Source: an uncultured Gammaproteobacteria bacterium
Lineage (GTDB): Bacteria > Patescibacteriota > Microgenomatia > UBA10105 > UBA927
Assembly: GCA_964553825.1 (NCBI GenBank)
Contig: CAZKLT010000007.1
Location: 1 to 56,670 of the forward strand
Direction of reading: 5' to 3'
DNA length: 56,670 bases
This document shows positions 34,480 to 43,755 of this stretch, in pieces (the first letter of the stretch is position 1; every line of letters begins with the position of its first letter). The notes below the pieces were generated by a model. It worked only from the letters and a program-made list of their open reading frames with translations. It ran no database searches and was not told the origin of the DNA. Made by a program: the position numbers and the translations under genes.

Positions 34480-34899
34480 CGAACACTCTCCTCTGGAGAA
34501 AATAAGATAGCCACGCCTCAAAGAACACGAGTCGTGTGCTTCATTGGCGCGGCTATGTCCGTTCATTCATCTGGAAAAGAGCAAAACAGGATTTGCCATA
34601 CAATCCCGCGTTGTGAGATAGATGACAAATCAAGGCCCATAGTATATACTGATTTCGTGGATTCGGCAAGTACACGCGGTGCTATACTGGTATCCATGAA
34701 TGAGTAAATTCATTCAATAGGTATCGTTCTGTATCATGCTTTCGTTTGCGAAGGCATGTATGCGGCGAGGCACCTTAAAACGAGACGGATACGGACACTG
34801 ATCCCCGCCGGTCACAGAGCGAGAATGCGTTCTCTTTCTGTGGACTGCGGGGAACAAAATTTTGTGTAACGAGCAAGTTCGATGAAATGTGAGGTGAAC

Positions 34900-35403
34900 A
34901 TGTTTATCCGTATCCCCCTAATACTCCTCCTCTCGCTGGCTCTTATAGCCTGTGGTGGTGGAGCCGTAGCGGCCCCCGATACCGCTATGGATACAAGTGC
35001 AGACCTGGCGGCGCCTGTGCCGACCATGGAACCGGTCGAAGAAACGTCTACCACTCAGAGCGAGCCGACGACTGATACATCATCAGTTGAGGTCTCTCCT
35101 CAAGGCGTGCGGGCGGAAGGCGCTATTTCGTATTATAATGGTGCGAGCTACCTCAACGTCGTTATCATTGACAACGAGACCGGCACATTCCTGCGTCAAA
35201 CGTGGCTCAAGGTTCGCGCCAATGGCGTCCTGGCTTATGACGACTGGGTCAGTGGTACCGTGCAGGTAAATCTTGCTGGTACGGCATTCACGCAACTTGA
35301 CCTTGAGGTGTACGACAAATGCACCATATCGTTCGTCAATTCGCAGTCAACACTGCTGATTCCGCCGGACGGCATCAAAGTGAAAGCGTCCTGCACGTAT
35401 TAA
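34900..35403 (+). CDS. Putative lipoprotein (167 aa)
   Basis: GAGGTG SD; MFIRIPLILLLSLALIA-C lipobox, Thr/Pro linker. Confidence 0.8.
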   Translation: MFIRIPLILLLSLALIACGGGAVAAPDTAMDTSADLAAPVPTMEPVEETSTTQSEPTTDTSSVEVSPQGVRAEGAISYYNGASYLNVVIIDNETGTFLRQTWLKVRANGVLAYDDWVSGTVQVNLAGTAFTQLDLEVYDKCTISFVNSQSTLLIPPDGIKVKASCTY

Positions 35404-35469
35404 ATTATCGGGAAACGCCCGGATAGCTTGTAGTTTCAAAGCCGTCCGGGTTTTTTCGTGGGGAAATGT

Positions 35470-35545
35470 TGGTCGGAATGGCGGGACTTGAACCCACGAC
35501 CTCGCGGTCCCGAACCGCGCGCTCTACCAACTGAGCTACATTCCG
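35470..35545 (-). tRNA. tRNA-Pro(CGG), CCA encoded
   Basis: CGGAATGTAGCTCAGTTGGTAGAGCGCGCGGTTCGGGACCGCGAGGTCGTGGGTTCAAGTCCCGCCATTCCGACCA cloverleaf. Confidence 0.97.
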
Positions 35546-35641
35546 ATTCTGGGACGAAACCTACGGTTTCTTCCCAACAGATTTGTTTCTGTTAACGTTG
35601 GTATTGTACCATAGTTTTCGCTACAATACGGGTGGTTATAC

Positions 35642-35713
35642 GCCCCTATAGCTCAACGGATAGAGCAGACCCGTCCTAAGGGTAAGATGAGGGTTCAATT
35701 CCTTCTAGGGGTG
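35642..35713 (+). tRNA. tRNA-Arg(CCT), CCA not encoded
   Basis: GCCCCTA/TAGGGGT acceptor stem, GCTC/GAGC D-stem, loop GTCCTAA, GGTTCAATT T-loop. Confidence 0.9.
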
Positions 35714-35860
35714 CTTTGATGTAGGTTTACCGTGACGCTTTCTCGGTATTCCGAGATTAGCGCACGGGGATTCCCTTGTGGGACAATTCTTACCGGGGAT
35801 ACTTAGTTATTATTTGATATACTTTGATGTTTTTTGAGCGTGGGTATATAATGCGTGCCC

Positions 35861-36541
35861 ATGGCAATTCAAGACACGGATGAATATCTTCAGAAAGCGC
35901 AGGAATTCCTCGCCCGCCAGACGCGTGAAACTGCTGACCAGGTGGAAATAGCCCTCCAGGGTTGGGCATACGCGCAGTCCCTCTATGAACAGGGCAAATT
36001 CATCGTCAAGGTCGGCCGGACACAAGGATCGTCCCTGTGGGGCGTGGTCGATGTTGAAGTGAGCGGTGTACGTGAGAGCATCAAGCCTCATATCGGTATA
36101 CGAATTCCATTGTTTGAAGGGAATCGGGAGTATCGATATTACGAGAAAGGTATTCCGTGGATGGCCAGATCAAACCGTATAAAACTGGTAGGTACTGCTA
36201 GTTCACTCTCGGCTGACACGCTGGATGCGGTACAGGCATATAAAGCAATGGGCATGGAATTTGGGGGGAAATATGGACCGTTTCATGCGTCGTCTTCCGG
36301 GGGTGGGCAGGGCGATTTTTGTCTGCATATTTCCGAGGCCACGTGGAGCGTGTTTCCGCCGAGTTTTACGAAGGCATTTCAGGCCGTTCAGGGGCCTCAT
36401 CACCAGTTGGAAGAACTCAATCTCCATATAGCCTCGGCATTGTTTGGAAAAACGGCGATGGAGCAGTATGTGCCGCTTGTTTTCGCCCCGTCAGACCGCC
36501 GTCTTCTGATCATGGAGACCCCTCCTGCTGAAGTGGTATAA
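35861..36541 (+). CDS. Hypothetical protein (226 aa)
   Basis: ORF with TATAAT just upstream. Confidence 0.7.
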   Translation: MAIQDTDEYLQKAQEFLARQTRETADQVEIALQGWAYAQSLYEQGKFIVKVGRTQGSSLWGVVDVEVSGVRESIKPHIGIRIPLFEGNREYRYYEKGIPWMARSNRIKLVGTASSLSADTLDAVQAYKAMGMEFGGKYGPFHASSSGGGQGDFCLHISEATWSVFPPSFTKAFQAVQGPHHQLEELNLHIASALFGKTAMEQYVPLVFAPSDRRLLIMETPPAEVV

Positions 36542-36552
36542 CCGTAAACCTC

Positions 36553-37842
36553 TTATCGTAGGTTGACGGAATAGAGATTAGGGAAGCTGGAGACCCCGGG
36601 ATTGAGGTTCGTCATGATGATAATGCGTGATCCATTGCTCCACGGAGCCACAAAGCCGTCAGAAAGCGGACCGGCATAGACCGTGACCCAGTTCGTTCGA
36701 TCGTATTCCATAATGTCAATTTTACCCGGGAGCGTCAGCAGGATATGCCTGCTGGTCGGAAACCAGTGGATGAAGGGTGATTGCTGTGTGGTGATGTCCG
36801 GGATGGGGACGCTTTTGGCCGGCGCCGCCGTGGGTCTGCGTGTGGGTGCGGGGGACGTCTTGGATGCGGGAAGCTCCTTTTTGTCCAGAATAAAGAAGTT
36901 CTTGTCTTCGTTGATGTCGTAGACATAGAGGGCGCCCGGGGTTATGGTGCGGGTTTCTTCTGTGGCATTTGTACCGATAAGCGGTGGATTGATGACTATT
37001 GGTATAGTTGCGGCTGCCGTTGCTTCATAGAGCAGCTTCGTTTCATCAGGGGAGAGTGAGATAATTCTGGCACTCGAGCTGGCGATATCGATAATGGGCT
37101 GAGGAAACGCGGCAAGTCGCTGGCGGTCCTTCGTGATACGCTCTTCTTCCCATTCGGCAAGGAGCGATTGGTATGTAGCAGTCACCTGCGTCATAGTGCC
37201 AGGTCGGTTTAAGGGATAGAGGCGTGCGCCATATCCCTTCACGAAGGCGAGAATTTCCGTGGAATCAGGAGACCAGGTGAGCGTGCCTGTACTGATATCA
37301 AATGACTCATCCAGTGTCGCAAGCTGGAGAGGATCGCGGTTTCGTCCAAGGGGACCATCAGACAGTTCATACGCCCACAGGCCGGCTTTTTTCGACAGGC
37401 CGTTCTCCAGATGCCCACGGGGAATGATGTAGGCGATTTTGCTGCCGTCAGGCGAGAGGATGGGATTCTGAATGCCCAGCGTGGTCAAGGGAGAGAGACT
37501 CGGATTGGTCGGAAAAAGGAAAGCGTCAGCCCGAGCGACGATCTCGCCCTGAATTCGGAGTTTTTTCTGCCAGGGGATAAACCCTTCCTTGGAAACAGTA
37601 ACATTGTACCAGCCCGGATCTATAGCAAACGAGTTGTTTGTGGCGCTTTTTAGCTCACCTTCAACAAATACCTGAGCGCCCACGGGATCGCTGGTTGCGG
37701 AAATAAGTCCAGTGGGACGAAGGCTGTTTTTTTTGATATCCAGGCGGTACCCCCGGCCGTATGCGATCACGGCACCCGAGACGCCAAGAATGCAACATAA
37801 AGTAACAAAAGATATCAGAATGGGTCTAATTTTGGCGGTCAT
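36553..37842 (-). CDS. PEGA-domain membrane protein with TolB/PD40-like propeller repeats
   Basis: N-terminal TM; GLISATSDPVGAQVFVEG...PGWYNVTVSKEGFIPW (PEGA); SPDGSKIAY, WSPDSTEIL, SPDETKLLY. Confidence 0.88.
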   Translation of the reverse strand: MTAKIRPILISFVTLCCILGVSGAVIAYGRGYRLDIKKNSLRPTGLISATSDPVGAQVFVEGELKSATNNSFAIDPGWYNVTVSKEGFIPWQKKLRIQGEIVARADAFLFPTNPSLSPLTTLGIQNPILSPDGSKIAYIIPRGHLENGLSKKAGLWAYELSDGPLGRNRDPLQLATLDESFDISTGTLTWSPDSTEILAFVKGYGARLYPLNRPGTMTQVTATYQSLLAEWEEERITKDRQRLAAFPQPIIDIASSSARIISLSPDETKLLYEATAAATIPIVINPPLIGTNATEETRTITPGALYVYDINEDKNFFILDKKELPASKTSPAPTRRPTAAPAKSVPIPDITTQQSPFIHWFPTSRHILLTLPGKIDIMEYDRTNWVTVYAGPLSDGFVAPWSNGSRIIIMTNLNPGVSSFPNLYSVNLR

Positions 37843-37894
37843 GACTCCATTATTATATCTCAGAATATGCTAGAATACCAACACAAATATTCGT

Positions 37895-38929
37895 ATGTTC
37901 GGGCAGTTTTCAAAACGTATCGGTATTGACTTAGGCACGGCGAATTCCCTGGTGTGGCTGGCAGGCGAGGGCGTGGTGATGAATGAGCCGACCGTCGTTG
38001 CCGTAACCGTGGATGATAATCGGGTCGTCGCCGTGGGGAATGAAGCCAAAGAAATGCTGGGCCGTACACCCGGGAACATCATGGCAACCCGGCCAATGCG
38101 AGACGGGGTTATCGCCGATTATCGCATCACAGAGGCCCTTTTGTCGTATTTCATCGACCGGGTGGCGGGCCGAAACCGCTTCTTTAAACCCGAAGTCATG
38201 ATTTGTGTGCCCAGCGGTGTGACACAAGTGGAGCGCCGTGCCGTGCTTGATGCAACGCTTTCTGCGGGAGCACGGGTTGCGTACCTTATCGAAGAGCCCC
38301 TCGCAGCAGCCATAGGCGCAAAAATTCCGATTGCCCAAGCCTCGGGCCACATGATCGTCGACATCGGCGGCGGATCCACTGAAGCGGCCGTTGTATCCTT
38401 GGGCGGCGTCGTGGTCCACAAGAGCGCCCGTGTGGCCGGAAACAAGATCGACGAAGCCATCGCCCTATTCATTAAGAAAAAATACAATCTCATAATTGGC
38501 GAACGGATGGCTGAGACGATCAAAATAACGATCGGTGACGCGATGGGTGATGATCCGCAGACCCGCATAGAAGGCAGCGCAGTCAGCATGGAAGTGCGTG
38601 GGCGGGACGCGGTAAGCGGGCTGCCGCGCATGATTGAGCTTACCCGCGCGGAGATGACCGAGGCTATCGCGCCGGTCCTCCATCAGATAATTTCCGCCGT
38701 GAAAGCCGTCTTGGAAGATACGCCTCCGGAGCTTGCTGCCGATATAATCGATAAAGGCATTGTTATGGCCGGCGGTACCAGCCAGCTGACGAATCTCGAC
38801 CGTCTTATGACCAAGGAAACGGGTGTCGTGTGTCATGTGGCCGACGAACCGCTGCTGTGCGTCGTGCGCGGGACAGGGGTTGCCATCGAAAATATTGAGC
38901 TGTACAAGCGCAGCATTAATCGGAAATAG
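37895..38929 (+). CDS. mreB: Rod shape-determining actin-like protein MreB/Mbl
   Basis: IGIDLGTANS, RPMRDGVIAD, IEEPLAAAIG, VDIGGGSTE, MAGGTSQL. Confidence 0.97.
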   Translation: MFGQFSKRIGIDLGTANSLVWLAGEGVVMNEPTVVAVTVDDNRVVAVGNEAKEMLGRTPGNIMATRPMRDGVIADYRITEALLSYFIDRVAGRNRFFKPEVMICVPSGVTQVERRAVLDATLSAGARVAYLIEEPLAAAIGAKIPIAQASGHMIVDIGGGSTEAAVVSLGGVVVHKSARVAGNKIDEAIALFIKKKYNLIIGERMAETIKITIGDAMGDDPQTRIEGSAVSMEVRGRDAVSGLPRMIELTRAEMTEAIAPVLHQIISAVKAVLEDTPPELAADIIDKGIVMAGGTSQLTNLDRLMTKETGVVCHVADEPLLCVVRGTGVAIENIELYKRSINRK

Positions 38930-39062
38930 GATATATCCTATAAAGGAAATAAATCGACAAAGACATGTCAAGAAAATCTGTTTGTCGAGAGTAAATAATT
39001 ATACCCTAGAGTATGATAAATCTAATTCAGAATAGAAAAACGCAAATCATATTTAATTTACT

Positions 39063-39956
39063 ATGAGACTTTCTGCGGTAAAAATACTGGGAATAAACGT
39101 AACAAATTCTCCTAAAAAAGAAATCCTAGAAGAAATAAAAAAGGGGCTGTTTTTGGACGGGAAAAAGAGTTCGGTGGGACAGGAAAACCGCTCTGCTGTG
39201 ATAACGATGGTTACCCCAAACCCGGAACAAATAGTTCTGTCGAAGCGTGATTTGGCATATCGGGAAATACTTAATCGGGCCGATGTGGCGCTCCCAGATG
39301 GAAGTGGTGTGGTGTGGGCGGCACAGAAGAATGTCCGGACAAGAGGGGGGCAAAAAGTACGGCCTATAGCCGAGGTGATACCCGGGGTGGAGTTTATGGA
39401 AAACCTTGTGGGACTGGCTCAGGAAAAGCGCGTCAGAATAACACTTATCGGGGGTTACGGCGATGTAGCAGTCAAGACGCTTGAGTGCTTAAAGGGGAGG
39501 TATCCAGGCATGGATGGCCTATCTATACCCGTGTCCGGGGTACAGGTGCGTGATGGTCATTTAGAAATAGAAGGTCAGAATAAGCCGGATGGGTATTTCC
39601 ACGAGATAGCCCGTAGGATCGTCTCTGACGGCGCGAAAATGGTCTTCATTGCCCTGGGGGCACCCAAACAGGAGTATTTTATGGACGCGCTTGCCGCATC
39701 GCTCAGACGGATGGCGAAGGAACCGGTGCTTCTGATGGTGGTCGGCGGGTCATTTGATATCATCGCGGGCGTTATCCCTCGAGCACCGGTGCTGTTTCGC
39801 CGTGTGCGTATACCGTTTTTCGGCGGCGCGGTCGGCGGAGAGTGGCTGTGGAGACTCATCAGGGAGCCATGGCGGGTCCGACGCCAGATTGCTTTGATAT
39901 ATTTTGTGTGGCTTGTATGGGGTGAAGCGGCCAGATCCAAGACACAGAGCCCGTAA
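39063..39956 (+). CDS. WecB/TagA/CpsF family glycosyltransferase
   Basis: TPNPEQIV, LPDGSGVVWA, VFIALGAPKQE, MVVGGSFD, EWLWRLIREPWR. Confidence 0.93.
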   Translation: MRLSAVKILGINVTNSPKKEILEEIKKGLFLDGKKSSVGQENRSAVITMVTPNPEQIVLSKRDLAYREILNRADVALPDGSGVVWAAQKNVRTRGGQKVRPIAEVIPGVEFMENLVGLAQEKRVRITLIGGYGDVAVKTLECLKGRYPGMDGLSIPVSGVQVRDGHLEIEGQNKPDGYFHEIARRIVSDGAKMVFIALGAPKQEYFMDALAASLRRMAKEPVLLMVVGGSFDIIAGVIPRAPVLFRRVRIPFFGGAVGGEWLWRLIREPWRVRRQIALIYFVWLVWGEAARSKTQSP

Positions 39957-40026
39957 CAACGCCAGTATCCGGAAACATTCCTTACGGCAAAATGATGCCT
40001 ATATTTATCTTTTGATAGAGAAACGA

Positions 40027-40287
40027 TTATTCGTGCTCTGGAGATCTGTGAGAGAAGGGAACCTCCATGACCTGGCGTGCGTCACTTTGCTCGATGAGCA
40101 TTTCGTGGGTTTCCCGGATATCGGCAATTACATCCGGCGGGAAAATGGTGCCCTCGGTGGTCGGCATGTCTCCGGGTACGGGTGCGGTAGCGTTCATCGA
40201 CAAGAGTATACACGAGACGGCAATTCCTGTCACGTCGAATTGATCTAAATTGATATGATTAGATAGTAATTGACTGAGTTTGTTCAT
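40027..40287 (-). CDS. Small hypothetical protein (86 aa)
   Basis: ORF co-oriented with the small-gene cluster; no SD seen. Confidence 0.45.
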   Translation of the reverse strand: MNKLSQLLSNHINLDQFDVTGIAVSCILLSMNATAPVPGDMPTTEGTIFPPDVIADIRETHEMLIEQSDARQVMEVPFSHRSPEHE

Positions 40288-40416
40288 AAAAAAGGGAATG
40301 ATGCTCGATAACTATAACAAAATGATACAAAAAGAGCGCCGGATGGAGGGGTGTGTACACAGGATAAACCTGGACTCCAAAGAACGGCGCTCTTCTTGCT
40401 CGTGTGAATTGTGCGG

Positions 40417-40692
40417 TTAGATGTCTCGGTCGGCTCTCCATTCATGAATGGGTTGCGGCAGTTTGAAGCGATTTGCTCGAGCCTCGAGGTGATTGGATCG
40501 GGCGTTGATTTCGTCAAGGACGCGCTTTGCGTTATCAGCGCCCTGGATCGGTCCAATCATTGCTTGACCGATGCGATACTCCGGCGCGTACCGCTGGATG
40601 AAATCCGAGAGTTCTTCCGCAGCGGTTTGGTCCCACTCATTCGTGTGTAAGACGATGAGGGTGCCTTCATCTTTTGGTTCGCTGTGAGGCAT
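40417..40692 (-). CDS. Small hypothetical protein (91 aa)
   Basis: Starts 2 nt after the stop of the upstream gene; followed by a terminator-like hairpin at about 40332-40395. Confidence 0.65.
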   Translation of the reverse strand: MPHSEPKDEGTLIVLHTNEWDQTAAEELSDFIQRYAPEYRIGQAMIGPIQGADNAKRVLDEINARSNHLEARANRFKLPQPIHEWRADRDI

Positions 40693-40694
40693 GC

Positions 40695-40958
40695 TTAGTC
40701 ATCCTCCTCATCAGCAGGAAGGTCTCCCGAGAAGCCGCTGTGGTTGGCATGTTCGCCGATTTCATCTGCCGACAGGACATGCACCTCCTGACCGTAGTAG
40801 TCTTCGAGGTAGATGAAACGGTCAGATGCTTCATGTGGACAAACAAGACTTGCCGTGCGTTCTTCGGAATCCACCTTCCAGACGCTTGCCTGGTCTCCCT
40901 CTTCAAACGAAAAATGTTGCCCCTCTTCCATTTCTTCAACGTACATGAGATGTGCCAT
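40695..40958 (-). CDS. Small highly acidic protein (87 aa)
   Basis: AGGAG SD; 24 D/E versus 3 K/R. Confidence 0.7.
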   Translation of the reverse strand: MAHLMYVEEMEEGQHFSFEEGDQASVWKVDSEERTASLVCPHEASDRFIYLEDYYGQEVHVLSADEIGEHANHSGFSGDLPADEEDD

Positions 40959-41041
40959 GATACTTAGTCTCCTAAAAAATTTCTTCGTCCGTTGGTGTGG
41001 TAGGATGCCCGTTACGTCATCCGGGACGAAGGTTACGGGGA

Positions 41042-41242
41042 TTACAGCGTCCAGACGACACGACGGTCGTCGACGCCGAAGGAGCGAATCGAATCGTCGT
41101 CTAACGTGACCGTGAGGCTATATTCGCAGGTGACTTCGTTGACGAGTTGCACATCATCGAAGGATTTCACCGTTGCGCCGCTTTCGGTTACGTGGTTACG
41201 GACGAGTTCTTCCGCATCCTGCTGGGTGAGGGTTTCATCCAT
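41042..41242 (-). CDS. Small acidic protein (66 aa)
   Basis: AGGAG SD; 15 D/E versus 5 K/R. Confidence 0.7.
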   Translation of the reverse strand: MDETLTQQDAEELVRNHVTESGATVKSFDDVQLVNEVTCEYSLTVTLDDDSIRSFGVDDRRVVWTL

Positions 41243-41656
41243 TTGCCTGTCTCCTTTCTGTACTATTCCGATACGATTGAAACCAACCAGCCGGATTTAC
41301 CAGGGTAAACCCGATTGTATGGCTTCAATGTCAGCCGGAATAGTCCGCACAGTGTTAACGAGCAAGAATAAAACATGCGAATGCCAGAGGGTTTGCGCAG
41401 TGCAAAACGCTGAAATTCGCAATAGCCTATAATATCAATTTTCCGAAAAAATCGCAAGCGCAGATTGATACTATAAGATATTTTTGTTATACTTTGTGCT
41501 CTGAAAGTGGCGTTTGGCTGCCATCATTTCGGAATTTTTCGCTCTTTTCCATACTGCATACGACTGTTTCCGTTTTGTGGGGAGAACCATATATTCTCCG
41601 AGAGAATCCGTAGACTCCCCACAAATTTTTTCAACAAAATGAGAAAGAAGGAAACT

Positions 41657-42283
41657 ATGACCAAACAATATTATGTTCACCGCAACCGCCTGTCCGCCCC
41701 TATCATTCTTGTGGCGGGCGCCGCCCTGTACATGGTTGGCGAAATTCTGGATTACCGAAGCGGCATGCCCAGCTACATCCTGCAGGCTTTGGGGATGGTT
41801 TTGACCTATTGGGCAGTGCACTGGATTTGGCAGAATGAAAACCTGTCCGGGTCGCCCGCAATCGGCATGAAGGAAGTGGTATGGACGCTGGCTGGTGCAA
41901 TCGTCATGGGCGCCGTGGCGGAACTCAATGCTCTCTGGGACCAGCCGCTTGTTATGGTGCTGGCACAGGGCTTTGCCATGTTGGCACTCGTCCACCTGTT
42001 CGTCGCATTGGGCTACCTGCTCGTCATCGGGAAAGACCGCCACTGGTGGTACGATGAGCGCGGATACATGACCTGGGCATCCGTTCTGATGACCATCGTG
42101 CTATGGTTTGTCGTCGCTGGTGTGGGTACGCTTCTGGCTTCAAGTCATGTCTGGCTGTTCCAGAGCATTGGCAAGCTTATCGAGCTTGTCCGCTGGTGGC
42201 TTTTTCTTGCCATCCCCCTGATGCTTATCGTTCGATGGGTAAACCACAAGATGGTGTACAAGAAGTACGCCGGACTGAAATAA
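41657..42283 (+). CDS. Multi-TM membrane protein (208 aa)
   Basis: AAGGA SD before MTKQYYV; about six TM segments. Confidence 0.75.
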   Translation: MTKQYYVHRNRLSAPIILVAGAALYMVGEILDYRSGMPSYILQALGMVLTYWAVHWIWQNENLSGSPAIGMKEVVWTLAGAIVMGAVAELNALWDQPLVMVLAQGFAMLALVHLFVALGYLLVIGKDRHWWYDERGYMTWASVLMTIVLWFVVAGVGTLLASSHVWLFQSIGKLIELVRWWLFLAIPLMLIVRWVNHKMVYKKYAGLK

Positions 42284-42475
42284 GAAAAGAACAAATCCTT
42301 GCTGTGCGCGTGCACAGTCAACAGATAACCAGTTTTCGATGGGAGTCGGATTGGGAAAAGGGTACCCGGGCCCGCTGTGCACTCGTTGGAGTGGTCACGT
42401 ATGCAGTATGGATTTTGTTTTTTCTCCGTCGGTACCGTATAATTCATCTAAAGGCGCACGAGGGGCGTACTACCA

Positions 42476-43711
42476 ATGAAAATCATGTTCCTCTATATGT
42501 TCCCCTTGTGGGGCAATGGGTCAGGCGCCTGGCTTCGTGCTCTTGCAGCTGAAATGGTGAAGGACGGCAATGAAGTGGCCATCGTGTCACCGGAACACAG
42601 AACGCTCCCCGGAATCAAACATTATCTCGTTACACCGCCGCAGATGGGGGTCTTTGTCGGGAATCCGGAATTGCCGGAAATCAAGAAATATGAGGACATG
42701 AGCGGTGTCGAGCTGGGGAAGATCTATACCTCATATATCAATGCGACGCTGGCAGCGGTCAAAGATTATCAGCCGGAAATTATCCACGCGTTTCATACGG
42801 CGTTTCTCCCGCCGGTTGCCCGTATCGCAAAGATTATGTATGGAACACGGTTTGTCGTGACGACTCACGGAAGCGATCTTCATTACCTGAACCGTGATCG
42901 AAGGCTCATCGGACTTATCCGTGATGCGCTGGATGTCTCTGTCATTATCACGGCCAATAGTGCCTTTACCCGGCGATGGTTTCTCAAAATGTTCGGACGC
43001 CAGTTTGATCGCAAAACGCGCACGATTCCCGGTGGCGTCTACCTGGAGGAATACAAGGAATCCAAAGAGCGCCTGCGGATTCTGGATGAAACGTATGACC
43101 TGAAAGGCAAAAAAGTGGTACTGTTTACGGGACGTCTGACGCCGCAGAAGGGCGTCGATTACCTTATCAGAGCAGCCAAGAATATCAAAGGGGAAGTTCT
43201 CATCCTGGGAGACGGGCCGGAACGGCCGCGCCTGGAGAAGCTTATCGTCGACCTGAAGCTTACCAACTGCCGTATCCTGGGGTATATGAAACCGGGAGAA
43301 CAAGTGGGATTTAAGTCCTTTTATAGCCGTGCCGACGTATACGTAGCTCCATCGACCTGGAAGGAACCCCTGGGTCTCGTCATCCTTGAGGCGATGGCCG
43401 CCAAAACACCCGTCGTCTCCACGCGCGCAGGCGGCGTGATGTCCCTGATCAAAGATGGATACAATGGCTATCTTGTCCACGTAAAGCGGAGTGATGAGAT
43501 CGCTGAGCGGGTAAATACTCTGTTATCAAACGAGATTCTTTGTAAAAAAATGGCTGAACGGTCGTACGAGCTTATTGTGAAACGATATACGTGGGGGAGG
43601 ATTGCGGAGCAGTTTGAGGCAATCTACAAGAAACATGCCTCAAATACGAAAGAGTACCTTCGGTTCGTGAAAGCAGGGATACAAAAGGCCAATGAACAGA
43701 AACTGACGTAA
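42476..43711 (+). CDS. GT4 family glycosyltransferase
   Basis: VLFTGRLTPQKGVDYL, PSTWKEPLGLVILEAMAAKTPVV. Confidence 0.93.
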   Translation: MKIMFLYMFPLWGNGSGAWLRALAAEMVKDGNEVAIVSPEHRTLPGIKHYLVTPPQMGVFVGNPELPEIKKYEDMSGVELGKIYTSYINATLAAVKDYQPEIIHAFHTAFLPPVARIAKIMYGTRFVVTTHGSDLHYLNRDRRLIGLIRDALDVSVIITANSAFTRRWFLKMFGRQFDRKTRTIPGGVYLEEYKESKERLRILDETYDLKGKKVVLFTGRLTPQKGVDYLIRAAKNIKGEVLILGDGPERPRLEKLIVDLKLTNCRILGYMKPGEQVGFKSFYSRADVYVAPSTWKEPLGLVILEAMAAKTPVVSTRAGGVMSLIKDGYNGYLVHVKRSDEIAERVNTLLSNEILCKKMAERSYELIVKRYTWGRIAEQFEAIYKKHASNTKEYLRFVKAGIQKANEQKLT

Positions 43712-43755
43712 TGTTGCCCTGATTTTCACTTCCTCTTGTGTGATACGATGAGGAC

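Noticed and set aside
35470-35713. tRNAs as an integration site of a prophage or island
   Set aside because: No integrase and no duplicated tRNA 3' end seen in the window
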